Shown here: in pieces, positions 11,801 to 23,777 of the stretch
Numbering within the stretch: position 1 is the stretch's first letter
Layout of the letters: each line of letters opens with the position of its first letter
Assembly (NCBI GenBank): GCA_964106915.2
Contig: OZ066919.1
Reading direction: 5' to 3' (one strand)
DNA length: 64,000 nt
Origin: Podarcis gaigeae
Taxonomy: Eukaryota
Notes under the pieces: model-generated
Told to the model about the DNA's origin: nothing
Seen by the model: only the letters and a program-made list of their open reading frames with translations
Database searches by the model: none
Made by a program: the position numbers and the translations under genes

Positions 11801-12125
11801 GTGCTGGTGTTGACCTTTAAAGCCCTAAACGGCCTCGGCCCAGTATACCTGAAGGAGCGTCTCCACCCCCATCGTTCTGCCCGGACGCTGAGGTCCAGCG
11901 CCGAGGGCCTTCTGGCAGTTCCCTCATTACGAGAAGCAAAGCTACAGGGAACCAGGCAGAGGGCCTTCTCGGTAGTGGCACCCACCCTGTGGAACGCCCT
12001 CCCATCAGATGTCAAAGCGATAAATAACTACCTGACATTCAGAAGACATCTTAAGGCAGCCTTGTTCAGGGAAGTTTTTAATCTGTGATATTTTAGTGTA
12101 TTTCTGGTTTTTATGGAAGCCGCCC
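8870..12125 (+). mobile_element. L2-clade LINE, near-complete ORF2 (APE endonuclease plus RT) with two frameshifts
   Basis: APE motifs LCNARS, VTETWL, GGGVA, YRPP, GDFNIH, PTH..G.ALDLVF; RT motifs QSGFR..HGTETAL, LLDLSAAFDTIDH, GVPQGSVLSP, YADDTQL; L2 C-terminus SRLDYCNALY, HITPVLKDLHWLPV. Frameshifts near 9765 and 11277. The 5' boundary is approximate. Confidence 0.93.
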
Positions 12126-13801
12126 AAAAAATCAGACTAGCAAAATTATTCAAATGTATTTTCTGGTGAGTAAATAATGCTGTTGAATTTCACTTGCAAA
12201 TGTTGGAATGCGGGGGGGAAGGATTTGTGGATATGCTTTAATGTACACTTACTGTCAGTTTTTCAGAATACATGGCTTGTTGTGCCATAGCATTGAGGCA
12301 AGAAGAAAGCAAGAGCTTCTTTGTCATTTTACTTCAGAACTGGTATTTTGCTCTGCTATTATATGCAGGTTTATGGCTACATTCTCACAGTCATTAATAG
12401 TTCTCACAAATAGTGAAACCTGTTTCTAAACAGCTCTGCTATAAGTCCTGTAATCGAAAATGGGCTCGCGTTTCAATTTTCTCTTTGATGTTTGTCGAAG
12501 CAAAATACAGCTGTTAACGTTACTGTACATTTCAGAAAGAGTAAAGCAGGAAAACATTACTAAAAACAAGTTTCCCCTTGTCACTTATTCTGGCATGTAT
12601 TGCATATTGCTACAACATTTCTTTATTTGCCAATGGAAGCAGGGGAAATTATTTCAGCCAGCTATTTATATAGATATGTATGTTTTCCTAACAAAAAGAT
12701 CAACGTAAGCTAATGGCAAATGACTGCATGATGATTATTTTGGTCTGACCACTTTAGGTTTCATTGACATTTGGATGCTATGGGTGGACAAGGCCAGTAG
12801 GAAACAGCCTTGGGTGGTAATCCTACAAGGATGCTTATGTAAAAGGAAGAAAGGTTTTTTAAAAATCAATGCCCATAATAGTATAGCAAATTTCTGCTAA
12901 AAAGGAAAATGATTTTCATGTCAAGTTAACTTCAGTATTGTGGACCATCTTATACCCACTCCCTTGGGAGTAAACACTATTGAACATAATAGGACTTACT
13001 TCAGGGTAGACCTATCTAGGATTGCAATGTAAAATCCAGAGATGAAGACTTTTGTGTTGCAAAGCAGGAAGTCTGCACATACATTACTTTCAGTGTGAGA
13101 GATTATTATTAAAAATAGTCATGTTTGGCTATGATTACAATACATACATCACAGTAACATAAAAAGACTGCTGATATCCTACCATGGCTTTGTGGTGACT
13201 GAATATAGACTGGGGAGGATGTCTTTCCTCTGAAGTGTTCCTTGTAAATGTAATTACTTGCCACTGACCTCTAATCATTTCCCCCTTTCCCAATGCTACT
13301 GTTAGACTATCCAGCAGCTCAAGTGAAGAACTCTCCAAGAAATAGTTGTGTTTAATTCCATGAAACGTTTCTCATATTTGTTTTAAAGACTCATCAGCAG
13401 TGAACATATTCTGAACATATTTAGAACGTATTTTTAGCTGCTTCATCTATAAGAGTTCATAAAATATTGGCTGCCCTTGTAGGGACAGGGGACAGCAGCA
13501 ACAACAGTGAACCAACTGCAGCTGTTTCAAGCCATCAGAAAGCTCTTAATCCCTTGGTAAAATTCCACAACTACTAAAGTGATTCTGGCATCATTTTATC
13601 ATTATTGTGGTGAATTTAGAAACCACATTCTTGCTTGCCCCCTTCTAAGTTCTTTTAACTCTTAACAAATTACATCTCCTGGGATTCTTTGGAGGACATT
13701 GTGTGTGTTGGATGTGCTTTAAACATATAGTGTTGATCTGACCTAGTCTAACCTCCATGTAAGCTTTGTCCAAGCAAGTCAAGATGAATGCTCAATAAAC
13801 G

Positions 13802-13936
13802 TATCTGTGTATCTGAAGAAGTGTGCATGCACACGAAAGCTCATACCAAGAACTGACTTAGTTGGTCTTTAAGGTGCTACTGGAAGGATTTTTTTTTGTT
13901 TTGACTATGGCAGACCAACACGGCTACCTATCTGTA
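13802..13936 (+). mobile_element. Neptune-type PLE 3' terminal fragment (hammerhead plus tail) with 12-bp target site duplication
   Basis: Near-identical to 15343-15424 plus about 48 nt of extra tail (ttttgactatggcagaccaacacggctacc). The direct repeat GCTCAATAAACG lies at 13790-13801 and 13937-13948. Confidence 0.9.
13809..13846 (+). ncRNA. Minimal type I hammerhead ribozyme (Neptune-type)
   Basis: Helix I GUAU/AUAC; CUGAAGA 13813-13819; helix II palindrome GUGUGCAUGCACAC; GAAA; palindromic AGCU; CUC triplet ending 13842. Confidence 0.85.
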
Positions 13937-14918
13937 GCTCAATAAACGAGTTATCTAGAGGAGTCCTTTGTGTTGAAGGTGCTGCAAGACTCTTTGCTGT
14001 TTTTGCTGTCACGGGCATACAGGGCTTACCTTCTGGTAAAGGACTGTACTTACTGTGTCAAAAATCATTGAATGACTTCAGTGCCTAAAGGAGATAAGTG
14101 GTTGTAGGTGGTGTGACATCAGTACAGCTCTCCATCCAGCATGACAACAGTAACTAAATTTCCAGCCACTGAAATACAAATAGAGCTTGTGCTATATAAG
14201 CAGATGAATGATTAGGCCATGAAACTCATCTGGCAATTCAGTGGAGATCCCAAGGTCTGTGTATTGGCAGAGGTCATCAAATAAGCAGAATAGCACTTGT
14301 GTAGCATCAGTCGAATCTCTTCCTACCTGCAATTTATTTTTATTCAGTCATTTCTCAGTCATTTCAGGATCATCTTCCAGGTCTGCAAAATTGAGTTAAT
14401 AATAGGAAAGGAGGTCCCCCCCCAGCTTTCCTTAGTTTCAGAAATTGTTGTAAAAATATAGGTTTGCCATGCCCATGCACTGTTGAGATCATGCCTTTGT
14501 ACCGAGCAAATATAGGAGGAAAAGTAATATTCCACATACAGCCTTCTAGCACATCCCTGAAAATAGCCCCAGATTAAATGTGTGCAATTCAGGCTTTATC
14601 AAATAAAGACAGTAAATCATGAAACATTATGAGAGAAAGCTAAAGAGAATTTACAAGTAGCTAGCTAAATAGTAATAATAATAAATCACTGGTTGTTTAA
14701 AAAGCAAGCTGTAGAGGTCTATGAAAATTCCCAGGTGCACCAACAAGTCAAGAATAGTAGTTAAAACCAGCATGATCCAAATGGTATATGCCATCACACT
14801 ATAGGTACATGAATGGCCACTAGAATCGCTTGCACCAGACAACCTTACTTAAGTGATGAACATACCATACTCTCCTACTGGTCATCCAAACATAAGAGAT
14901 GCTTCAGTTTCCCAACAT

Positions 14919-15424
14919 ATTTATGTCCGAATAAACGGACATAAATCGGACATCAGCAATCACAAGACAGAGAAACCAGTAGGAGAACACTTCAATCTCC
15001 CAGGACATTCTATACAAGATCTCAAAGTAGCTGTTTTACTACAAAGGAATTTCAGAAATAGACTGGAAAGAGAAGCTGCTGAATTGCAACTTATCACCAA
15101 ACTTAAAACCATGGAGACACCTGGTCTGAACAAAGACCTTGGATTCTTATCTCATTATACATGACAAAGCCATTTTTCACCTTCTCACCCCTTGCTTTTT
15201 CCTGTAAGACCTATTGCAGTCGTTAAGAGTCGTCAACAGGCTCATCACAGCTATCTGCCTATCACCCATTCCCACCACCCTTCTGAGTAATACCCCTCCC
15301 CACCTTCTCACTATATAGAAGGGTCTGGAAACTTCTGTTTCAGTGTATCTGAAGAAGTGTGCATGCACACGAAAGCTCATACCAAGAACTAACTTAGTTG
15401 GTCTTTAAGGTGCTACTGGAAGGA
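14919..15424 (+). mobile_element. Neptune-type PLE 5'-truncated copy: GIY-YIG C-terminus plus pLTR
   Basis: RINGHKSDI..HKTEKPVGEHFNLPGHSIQDLKV...R.EREAAE...I.KL.T..PGLN is the C-terminal half of a Neptune-type GIY-YIG domain. The pLTR has a TATA-like ctatatagaa and a hammerhead. Confidence 0.9.
15345..15382 (+). ncRNA. Minimal type I hammerhead ribozyme (Neptune-type), identical to 13809-13846
   Basis: gtat-ctgaaga-a-gtgtgcatgcacac-gaaa-gctc-atac; predicted cleavage after 15378. Confidence 0.85.
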
Positions 15425-16968
15425 AAACACTTAATTTAAATTAGGCTTCTGCAGGAGGGCAAATGCTCTATTGGATTTCTTCCCTAGACAATTGCCAAAA
15501 GCATGTTTCTCAAGAGTTGATCGCAGAGGTCCTGGAGAACTTCAGCTTGAAGTCCAAGTAATGTGAGCCCTTTTAAATTAACTTGCACTGGCTTTGGCAA
15601 TAAATCTTCCTTTATAAATGGCCCAGGAAATATAAGCATATGATCACTGTTCTCGCAAAGGGACTTCACATATGACAGGTAGGGCTGAAAACCCCCACAG
15701 ATAACTAATTCATACCATGTTGGCCAAAATTAAAACATTAAAATTTCATAGATATAATCAGATAATGAAAAATGTTCCTTTTCATTTTAGACCTTGGAAG
15801 TTAGACGCTTCTCCTTGCTACGGCTATTGATTTAGGCTGCTGTGATTTTTACCTTCATTTTGTGGGAAAGGAACTTTCTGAAGTCAAAGGACATGAAGCA
15901 TTAACTGGACAGAGCATCAGGGAATACTCTGCTAGGGGAAATTGGCTAGAGCAAAGAGCCGGGAATGGGCCTAATTGGTCTTTTCCATCTCTTAGTCCAC
16001 TGACATGACGACAACTGTTCTGAAGTTTATTTTCAAGCAGACACGCACATAAATAACATCTGTGGGAGTCATGAGCATGTACAACAGGAAAAACAAATCT
16101 CTAAAAAGTAGAGTCAAATAAAACACATTATTCTGAGTGATCAACCTCCTCATATTTTAAGCTTGCACTCAACCAGAACTAGTTTCTCTCCACCCCCCTC
16201 TTGCTAGTTAAGTGAATTTAAGTAAAGCAGAATGAAACAGGAAATACCAGAAATACTTTAATATCCTGTACTGTTGAAACCACACAATATGGTCCATATC
16301 ACATTTGGATAGCAAAGTGGATGTGTGGGTTCTCTTGTAACCATTGAAATGAGTCATACATAGGAACACAAAAACTTTGATTTATGAGTATTGCCTTGTT
16401 TCAATAAACCAGTTAAGATGAACCACAGTTTAGGGTTCAGGGATAACCTTAAACTGCAGTTGCTCAAAGGCAAAAATTTGCACCAGAAGAGGAAATGTAA
16501 GGGAAACCCTTGTGAGCTTGAAGCTCACATAGGCTCATTCTTATAACAATAAACTATGATTTATCATTATGTTTGAGTTCAGGATTCATGTGTTGTATAG
16601 TGTAATGGTTCACCTTAGAGCTGGAAATTTTCAAATACCTCTTCATCTATATGTCTCAAACTTCAGTCTTCAAGATGGAGATAAAAATATTAGTCTACCT
16701 TACAAGGTTCTTCTAATATTTGCTAATGGTGAAGTCTGAGAGATGTTTCAAAGTTTGAGGAAGAAATTGGAACATGCATTGCCTTCATTCCAATGGATGT
16801 TTCCCTTGGAATGCAAATAATGCATTCAAACCACCTTCATCATACTTGTCTGTCCTTGGCACACAGTTAGATGTTCTGTATAAATAATAAGTATTGTCTT
16901 AATAACTCAATTATTTATTTTTTCGACATGCCATTAAGTTTAACATTTTAGGTAACACCCTTATCGTA

Positions 16969-17156
16969 AACTTGCAGCTCTTCACCTTTAGTACAAATCT
17001 GATCAGATCTTGCAAGCAAAGCATTCCAAGCCTGGTCAATACTTGGATAAGAGATCCTCAAGGGAAATGCAGGATGCTTTTTAGAAATCGTTCAATAGGC
17101 GACATTCTTTTTAAGTCAGCACAGAACCAATCATCCAGCATATGGTGATGGGAGCC
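16969..17156 (+). mobile_element. AmnSINE1-like ancient SINE (5S rRNA-derived head)
   Basis: agatcttgcaagcaaagca..gcctggtcaatacttggataagagatcc aligns by eye to the 5S rRNA box A/box C region. It continues ttcaataggcgacattct..agtcagcacagaaccaat..ccagcatatggtg, resembling the AmnSINE1 body as I recall it. Confidence 0.75.
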
Positions 17157-19319
17157 TCAAATGGAAAAAGCATGCTCCTTAAATTCCTCACCTGCCACAT
17201 CGTATCATAATGATGGAAACACAGCTTGCATGTTTTAGCTTTTAAGTTGAGAGCATTATGTGAGTTGGTGACACTGTCCCTGCGCTCGGTGACCAGCAAG
17301 TAAAACCGCAGCATGTCCTTCAAGGTGAAAGATATTGCATATGCAAAGATAGTAAGCAACACTTCAGAGCACAGTGCTAAGGTGTGCAGTTCTAAAATGC
17401 TTCATGCTGGCTTGTCCCAACATGGACCAACTCATCATAGCTTTTCTGCCAGCTGGTCATTCCTGTCCACTTTTAGTTTCATCCCCATAGTGTACCTTTC
17501 AATGTCAGTGCCACATCACTTCAGTATAGTGCCATTTAGGAGCTTTTTGCTGTGTGTATTCACTTAACACACAGCACATTACCTGCTAGACTGAGTTTGT
17601 GGCAGGGACTGCTCTGCAAAATCTAAGATCAGACCACTGTGATTGGACTGGGCCCTGGGCAGCGTAGAGACCTGAACATGAAATCACATCCAGCTTAGCC
17701 CCCTGTCCTCTGTATTTTAAATGTGCATTATAGTGCCTTACAGATGTGGCTCAAAGGGATGTTCCAAGGATAAGCAAGGCTGTTTATCCTTACAAATGCA
17801 GTATACAAAAAAAAAATCTATATGTTTATGGTTTCTAACATGAAGAGGCTACAACACTACCTATTTTGCTAGCTTTTGAGTGCCCTATTAATTTCTTTTA
17901 TTTATTTCCATACTATGGATGTGATGACTATGGAAGCCTATCTACACTTTCTGTTGTTGTTATTACATTTATATACCGCTTAGTTGACAAAGTGGCTTCT
18001 AAATGGTTTACAAGTATAAAACATTTTTTATGTTGCAGAACTGAATACAAGAATAAGCTCACTAATTTTATTCTTGAGATAAGAAGTATTTTATTCCTAA
18101 ATATTCTGGGCATTTTGAAGTGTATGGTAGTTTACTTTTTCCTTATTCTTGTGATAAATGTCAGAGCCCTGAGCCTGAAGTTGGCTTGTTTGTTCCTTTA
18201 AAAGGTAGCTGTACATAAAAAAATCCAGGTTTCTACACGCTTCATGTATTGTGTTAATATTAAACACAATTGGAGTCTGTCTGTCTTTGTACTTTTGCAA
18301 CGTCTCATTTCTTTCCAACTATAGCGCTTGTCATGGTTTTAATTTTTTTCCTCCTCCAAGTGGATCTCTTTCATGTTTTCTATTTACTCTCCTTGGCAGA
18401 GTCATTGAGCACAGGAAATACACTATATCTGCAAAATGCCAAAACGGCTTTCTTCATAGTACTGCAGTAATAGGGAACTGGATGATTTTAGGAAAAGATC
18501 TGTGCTCCGTGCTTTGCCTATTCATGTGTGGGGTTTTGATTTTATGTGAAATGAAAGGCGTAAACTCCAGGTCTGAAAACTAATAGAATTTCAGCATTTA
18601 CCTGCTGATCCATAGCCTTTAGGTTAGATTGTGTGTCAGCCGGCAGTCAGCTTGTAGAACGAAGAATACTTTAACACAAAAATGAAAAGATTTCTGTTAG
18701 ATGCGCACCACCTGCCAGATACCGAGAATGATCCTTGTGGATTATTATTAGAAATATTTTCCACTCTACCTGATTGCTGAGAAAGCCGTGGGAAGGATAC
18801 CTATTCAGATAATGCTGGCTTGTGAACCACAAGAAAGAGAATTGCTATCCTATTTTTCAGCCAAAAGTTATGCTGCTTCTTGACAAATCTTTAAAAAGTT
18901 ATTGAAAAGCAAAGTCTTCCTCAGCATCATGTGGAATCACATATTGTGCTTACGCGCATAGCTGATATTGTTTTCGTTTGTCCTATAGTATATACACTTA
19001 CGTTCATAATATACATATTAACTATCTGTTGTGATACATTTGGAAAAGACCTTCCTATAAAGAAACATACAGTACATCACACTATAAACTTATTCATCTG
19101 AACATATCTCTGTTAAGAGTTAACTGGCATCACTGTTTGCTGGCAGAACTCTATCCTAGATCTAGTCCCAGAAATAGAGATCCAGGGAAAGTCCACCTGC
19201 ACTAGATCTAACAGTGCAGCAGCACAATTTCTCGGCATCTTAAGGCAGTGGTCTGTAGGATGTGCTTCCAGCTCTCGAAGGGCCAAATTATAGGTTATGG
19301 CAGCTTTTCCATGAGTCTG

Positions 19320-19626
19320 GAGAAGGGTCATATCTCAGTGGTTAGAACCTCTGCTTTGCATGCAGTAGGTCTCAAATTCAAACCCTGGCATTTCCAAATA
19401 GGACTGGGGGAAACTCTGGAGAGCCATAAGGATGTAAGAAGAACTTGCTAGGTCGGGCCAGTGGCCCATCTAGTCCAGCATCCTGTTCTCACAGTGGCCA
19501 ACCAGATGCTATGAGAAGCCTGCAAATAGAAATCTCCCTTCCTGCTAGTTCCAGGAACTGGTATTCAGAAGCATACTGCCAGTTATGGAAGACAGTGTTG
19601 AGCTAAATGGATCAATCCTTATGTTC
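19320..19626 (+). mobile_element. Squam3-like SINE interrupted by an inverted CR1-type 3' tail (about 19425-19575)
   Basis: Head ctcagtggttagaacctctgctttgcatgcag..ttcaaaccctggcat; insert gtaagaagaacttgct..gcccatctagtccagcatcctgttctcacagtggcc; the SINE body resumes at actgccagt. Confidence 0.7.
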
Positions 19627-21080
19627 AATCTCAATCACACAGGAAGAAGGCGTGTGGTCCATTTCTATTTTTAAGAGCAAAGGGGACATGCCAGTGAGAA
19701 GATGCCTTCCTCCCATTCATGGCTCAGTTCAGTGTTTGTTAAGTGAATATACATAGCACACCTAAACACACACCAAATATACACACCTAAATGGCACTGT
19801 GTTGCAGAGATGTGATTTAGTCTTCCTCCCAGTTGCTTTTCTCTTTAGTCAAAGTTTTATGACAAACATGTCATAAAACCTTGTGGGGAAACACTTAGGG
19901 AGAGGAGCAGCACAGAGATGTCAAGGGAGAATGCCCCTATTTCTTTTAAAAGAAGGATGGGGAACGTGTAGCTCTCAAGATGTTGTGGGACTCCCAACTT
20001 CCATCAGCCCCAGCTGATGGCCAATCAGCCCCAGCTGATGGCCAATCATCAGAAATGATGGGACTTGTAGTCCAGCAACATCTGAAAAGCTACAGATTGC
20101 TCACACAGCAAAATCTCCTGGTTTCCACATAGTTGGGGGAAGATTAATATTTAAAAGCATGGATCTACTGCAGTCACTTCTAGCTTGGTTCCACTATGGT
20201 TAAACACATAGGGTGGAAGCAGTAACACAGATCCATATAAACAAAAACAGCCTGTAGATTTAAACTAGCAGATTTAAACTCAAATGCCTGCCAGGATTTG
20301 CTCCAAGGCTTACTATTCAGGCACTCTAAAGAAATTTACACTTCAAAGCCTTAAAGTGACTTCATCTCCATCTCTTACCCCTTGCAACCCGCCATGTGCC
20401 CTCAAAATCTACTTCAGAAGTTTGGGGTGCCCTCCAGAGCTGTTTTTGGGAGTGCACGGGGTACTGCAGGGTAGAGGAAAGGGAGATTAAGTCCTATTTT
20501 ACAAGCGGACAATGTTGGAATCCACCCAAAGGTGGTCTCTCCCCGCCCCCACAGTCCCAAAATAGATTTAAAGCCTTATTTTTAATGTTCTCAACAGGAA
20601 TCTCGGAAATGTCTGAGTTCTGATCTGGGGTTTCCATTTATTGTTTCGTTTAACTGTATACTTAGGACATAAAATGAAGGATTATTTCTGCTAGGTGAAA
20701 TCAATAAATAATTTATCAGTTGTCCCAGTTTGTATAGTAAATTGTAATTATCGCAATCCCTTGGTTGGCACAAGCTTATCAGACAAACAGGTTTCAAAAG
20801 CTACAGAAATGCTTCCTAAACATCAATGCAGTTACGTAATGTCAGTTGTTATGCTCTTGCCGCTCTCCTGTGTGACCAAATTGTTAATAGTTAATCTGGT
20901 GTCTCCATTAGTGGTTACCTTTGTTTCCTAGCAACAACAGTGGATAAAAAGTTGAGGCAACAGTTGCCATTTTCGAATTCAACACACTTGGCTGTGGTTA
21001 AAAATATGTTTCAGGGTTTCACCAAAACCATTTTTCTTTATAGGAAAATAAAATAAAATTATGCCTTTTAAAAGTACAGG

Positions 21081-21081
<1 letters not shown>

Positions 21082-21116
<35 letters not shown>
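21082..21116. repeat. (GATT)n microsatellite
   Basis: Seen directly in sequence. Confidence 0.97.
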
Positions 21117-21738
21117 TAAAAACAGGACTTCTAGAACCAGTTTTGTGTTTGGGAGGGGGTCAGTACAGTTCAGCATAATAACTGTAAACTTTCAAAAATC
21201 ATTTTTTATGGTCAGCAGTTTTAGAACATGCCTAGTCAGAAGGAATTTCCTTTACAGACAAAGTCATTTAGACTGCAGTTGTATGTACACTCTCCTCTGA
21301 ATAAGTCCCCTTAAACTCAGTAGAACTTACTTCATTGTAGATATTTGTAGGATTACACTGTTAATGTACTAGTTATTGGCTTGGATCCTAAGTTTCCTTC
21401 CATGGACGAAATGAATGGAACAAGACCCACTCCCCGCTAGAGAGATACTTGGGCTTAGAGATACTTTGGGGTGGAATGAATGCTATATGTCCGGTGTCTA
21501 CAAATGGAGTGAGGTGTTTCCTCCATATGTGAATGGAGGCACAGCTTAGGATCCAAGACAGTATGATTATTGCTTTTCATTATTAAAAAGGAACAGTTCA
21601 GATAATAGAAAAGGGGAGCACAGAATGTACACAGGCATCTACACCTGTGACTGATTTCTAGCTACTATCTATTTAGTTCAGGGCTAAGGCATTTAGGCTC
21701 TCCAATTGTTTAGACTCCCAACTCTCATCAACCTCAGT

Positions 21739-21963
21739 TAGGGTTGTCATACGTTGACAATTTCCCAGACATATCCAGAAGACTATGGTCAGCAGCAATG
21801 TCTGGGCGGAAATTGTCAGCATGTCCTGTAAAATGTGGACATATAGTAGTCCATGTTGGCAGTTCCTGCCGATTTCCATTTTTGTGATTTTGCCAAAAAA
21901 GCTCAACAACCTTGACAAAAACTTTATGTGTGGAATTTCACTGTTTGAAATATGGTAACCCTG
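21739..21963. mobile_element. hAT (Tip100-like) MITE nested in a palindromic MITE
   Basis: TIRs TAGGGTTGTCATA / TATGGTAACCCTG; degenerate TSD c(c/t)tcagt. The flanks are the two halves of the palindromic MITE family. Confidence 0.7.
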
Positions 21964-22177
21964 CTTCAGTCACCATGGCCAATGATCAGGGATGAGGGGA
22001 ACTGGATTCCAGCAACATCTAAGGGACCACCATTTCCCCACAATTTAATTTAATTTAACATTATCCATAATGAATTATTTAACCATCACACAAATCAATT
22101 CCTAAGATGGCTTACTGTCCGTAAAATAATAATACATAATAAATACATAATAAAATGCAAAATACATAACATCAGAT

Positions 22178-22267
22178 CATAGCTGTCAACGTTTCCCTTT
22201 TTTAAAGGGAAATTCCCTTATTCTGAATAGGATTCCTCTCAAGAAAAGGGAAAAGTTTACAGCTATG
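22178..22267. mobile_element. 90-bp hAT-type MITE
   Basis: TIRs CATAGCTGTCAAC / GTTTACAGCTATG; 8-bp TSD catcagat / aatcagat (7 of 8 match). Confidence 0.85.
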
Positions 22268-23206
22268 AATCAGATAACGAAAGTGTATCTTTAAAAAAAA
22301 AATGAGACAGCGAGAAACATACTCAAAACATGAAATACTTTGCAAATTTGTCAAGTGTCCTCCGCAGGGTTCCTTTGGCCAACTACAACTTTTTTTGTCT
22401 GTGAAATTTAATATGCTGAAGAGAGAAAGAGTATTTTTTCCCCATTATTTCATTAACGGACACTGGTACATTATTAAGTTCTAATGCCTTTCGATCATTT
22501 GAAATATTGAGCTAGTTAAACAAATTCATTGATGGATTCAGCAAGATAATTGGCTTTGTCTGACAGGATTCATGAAAGATGGCCTGACAGATAATTCTAG
22601 GCCGAACTGTTGTGAATGGTGGGGAAATAAATGACTTTATGGGCAATTCTCAGCTCACAGTCAGCCAGGTGGCTGCTTAGTAAGCCAGGTAGCTGTGTTG
22701 TGTGTGCGATGTCACAAGCTCGTGGCATCACAGGCCCACCGTGGCACCAAGCCCTCCCCCAATGTTGGGCCGAAGCCAGCACCTTTGCTTACAATCAAGT
22801 GGCATATTGTCTTTCTTGAATTAAATAAATAAAAACAACCAGCCAGAAGCCAGTATTATTTTCCAGGACAGATTAAAAATAATGAGTGTCTACAATAGAT
22901 AGAATATAAATTATGAATCAGTCTTCAGAAAGCTGAGGTAAATGGCAGTGTTATTCCCAAGCACCAAACAAAAGGAAAAACAAAAGGAAAAAATAAAGGT
23001 GAAGATTTCAAATATTGTAGGGGAAAGTTGCAGTGTATCAGTTTTAATGTAATTTTACCCTTGGCATGATAAGATTATTTACAACGTTGGTATCTTTGTA
23101 AGCGAAATGCAGCTTCAGTTTATTTTAATAAACTAATAATAATGAATAATAAATATTTGGAAACTTGGTGCAAACAGGAAGAAACCAACAGGATCCCCCT
23201 GCAATC

Positions 23207-23285
23207 TTCTTTCTTTCCTTCCTTCCTTCCTTCCTTCCTTCCTTCCTTCCTTCCTTCCTTTCTTTCTTTCTTTCTTTCTTTCTTT
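23207..23285. repeat. (TTCC)n(TTTC)n compound microsatellite
   Basis: Seen directly in sequence. Confidence 0.97.
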
Positions 23286-23777
23286 TGAGAATTTGGAGAA
23301 AGTTATAGGACCAGAAAAGATGCATGGTCACGTCTATGCTAATTGCATCAGTGGCTCCTCTGAAGGGAGTGACTGATGGTTTGCATTAACATTCCCGATT
23401 CCTGAATTAAGATGCTAGCCCCCATGCATGTTCTATTTCTGCCTCTTTCATATCAGAGTCATCTATCCTGATTTCACCTCATTCTTGTCAAACTTTAATT
23501 GATAATTCAGGATTCTTTGTATTTTATTTTATTTTTTTAAAAAATCTTTACGATTCTCTGTATTAAGGAATGCATAGAGAAAGCAGTCTTCTTGAACTGG
23601 ATTCAAACATGGTCATGTATGTAGGTTTATAATATAGAGATTATGTAGAATTTGTGTTAAGGAACATTGCAACTGTCCTTTCAAGATAGTATTGTTTTCA
23701 TTGTAAAATAAAGTGCAACAGTGTTTTGTTTTTAACTTAGTGTCTCTCAAAATTAATGATTAATATTGGCACATCAA

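Noticed and set aside
16969-17085. Functional 5S rRNA gene
   Set aside because: Heavily diverged, internally deleted, and continues into a SINE body; better explained as AmnSINE1.
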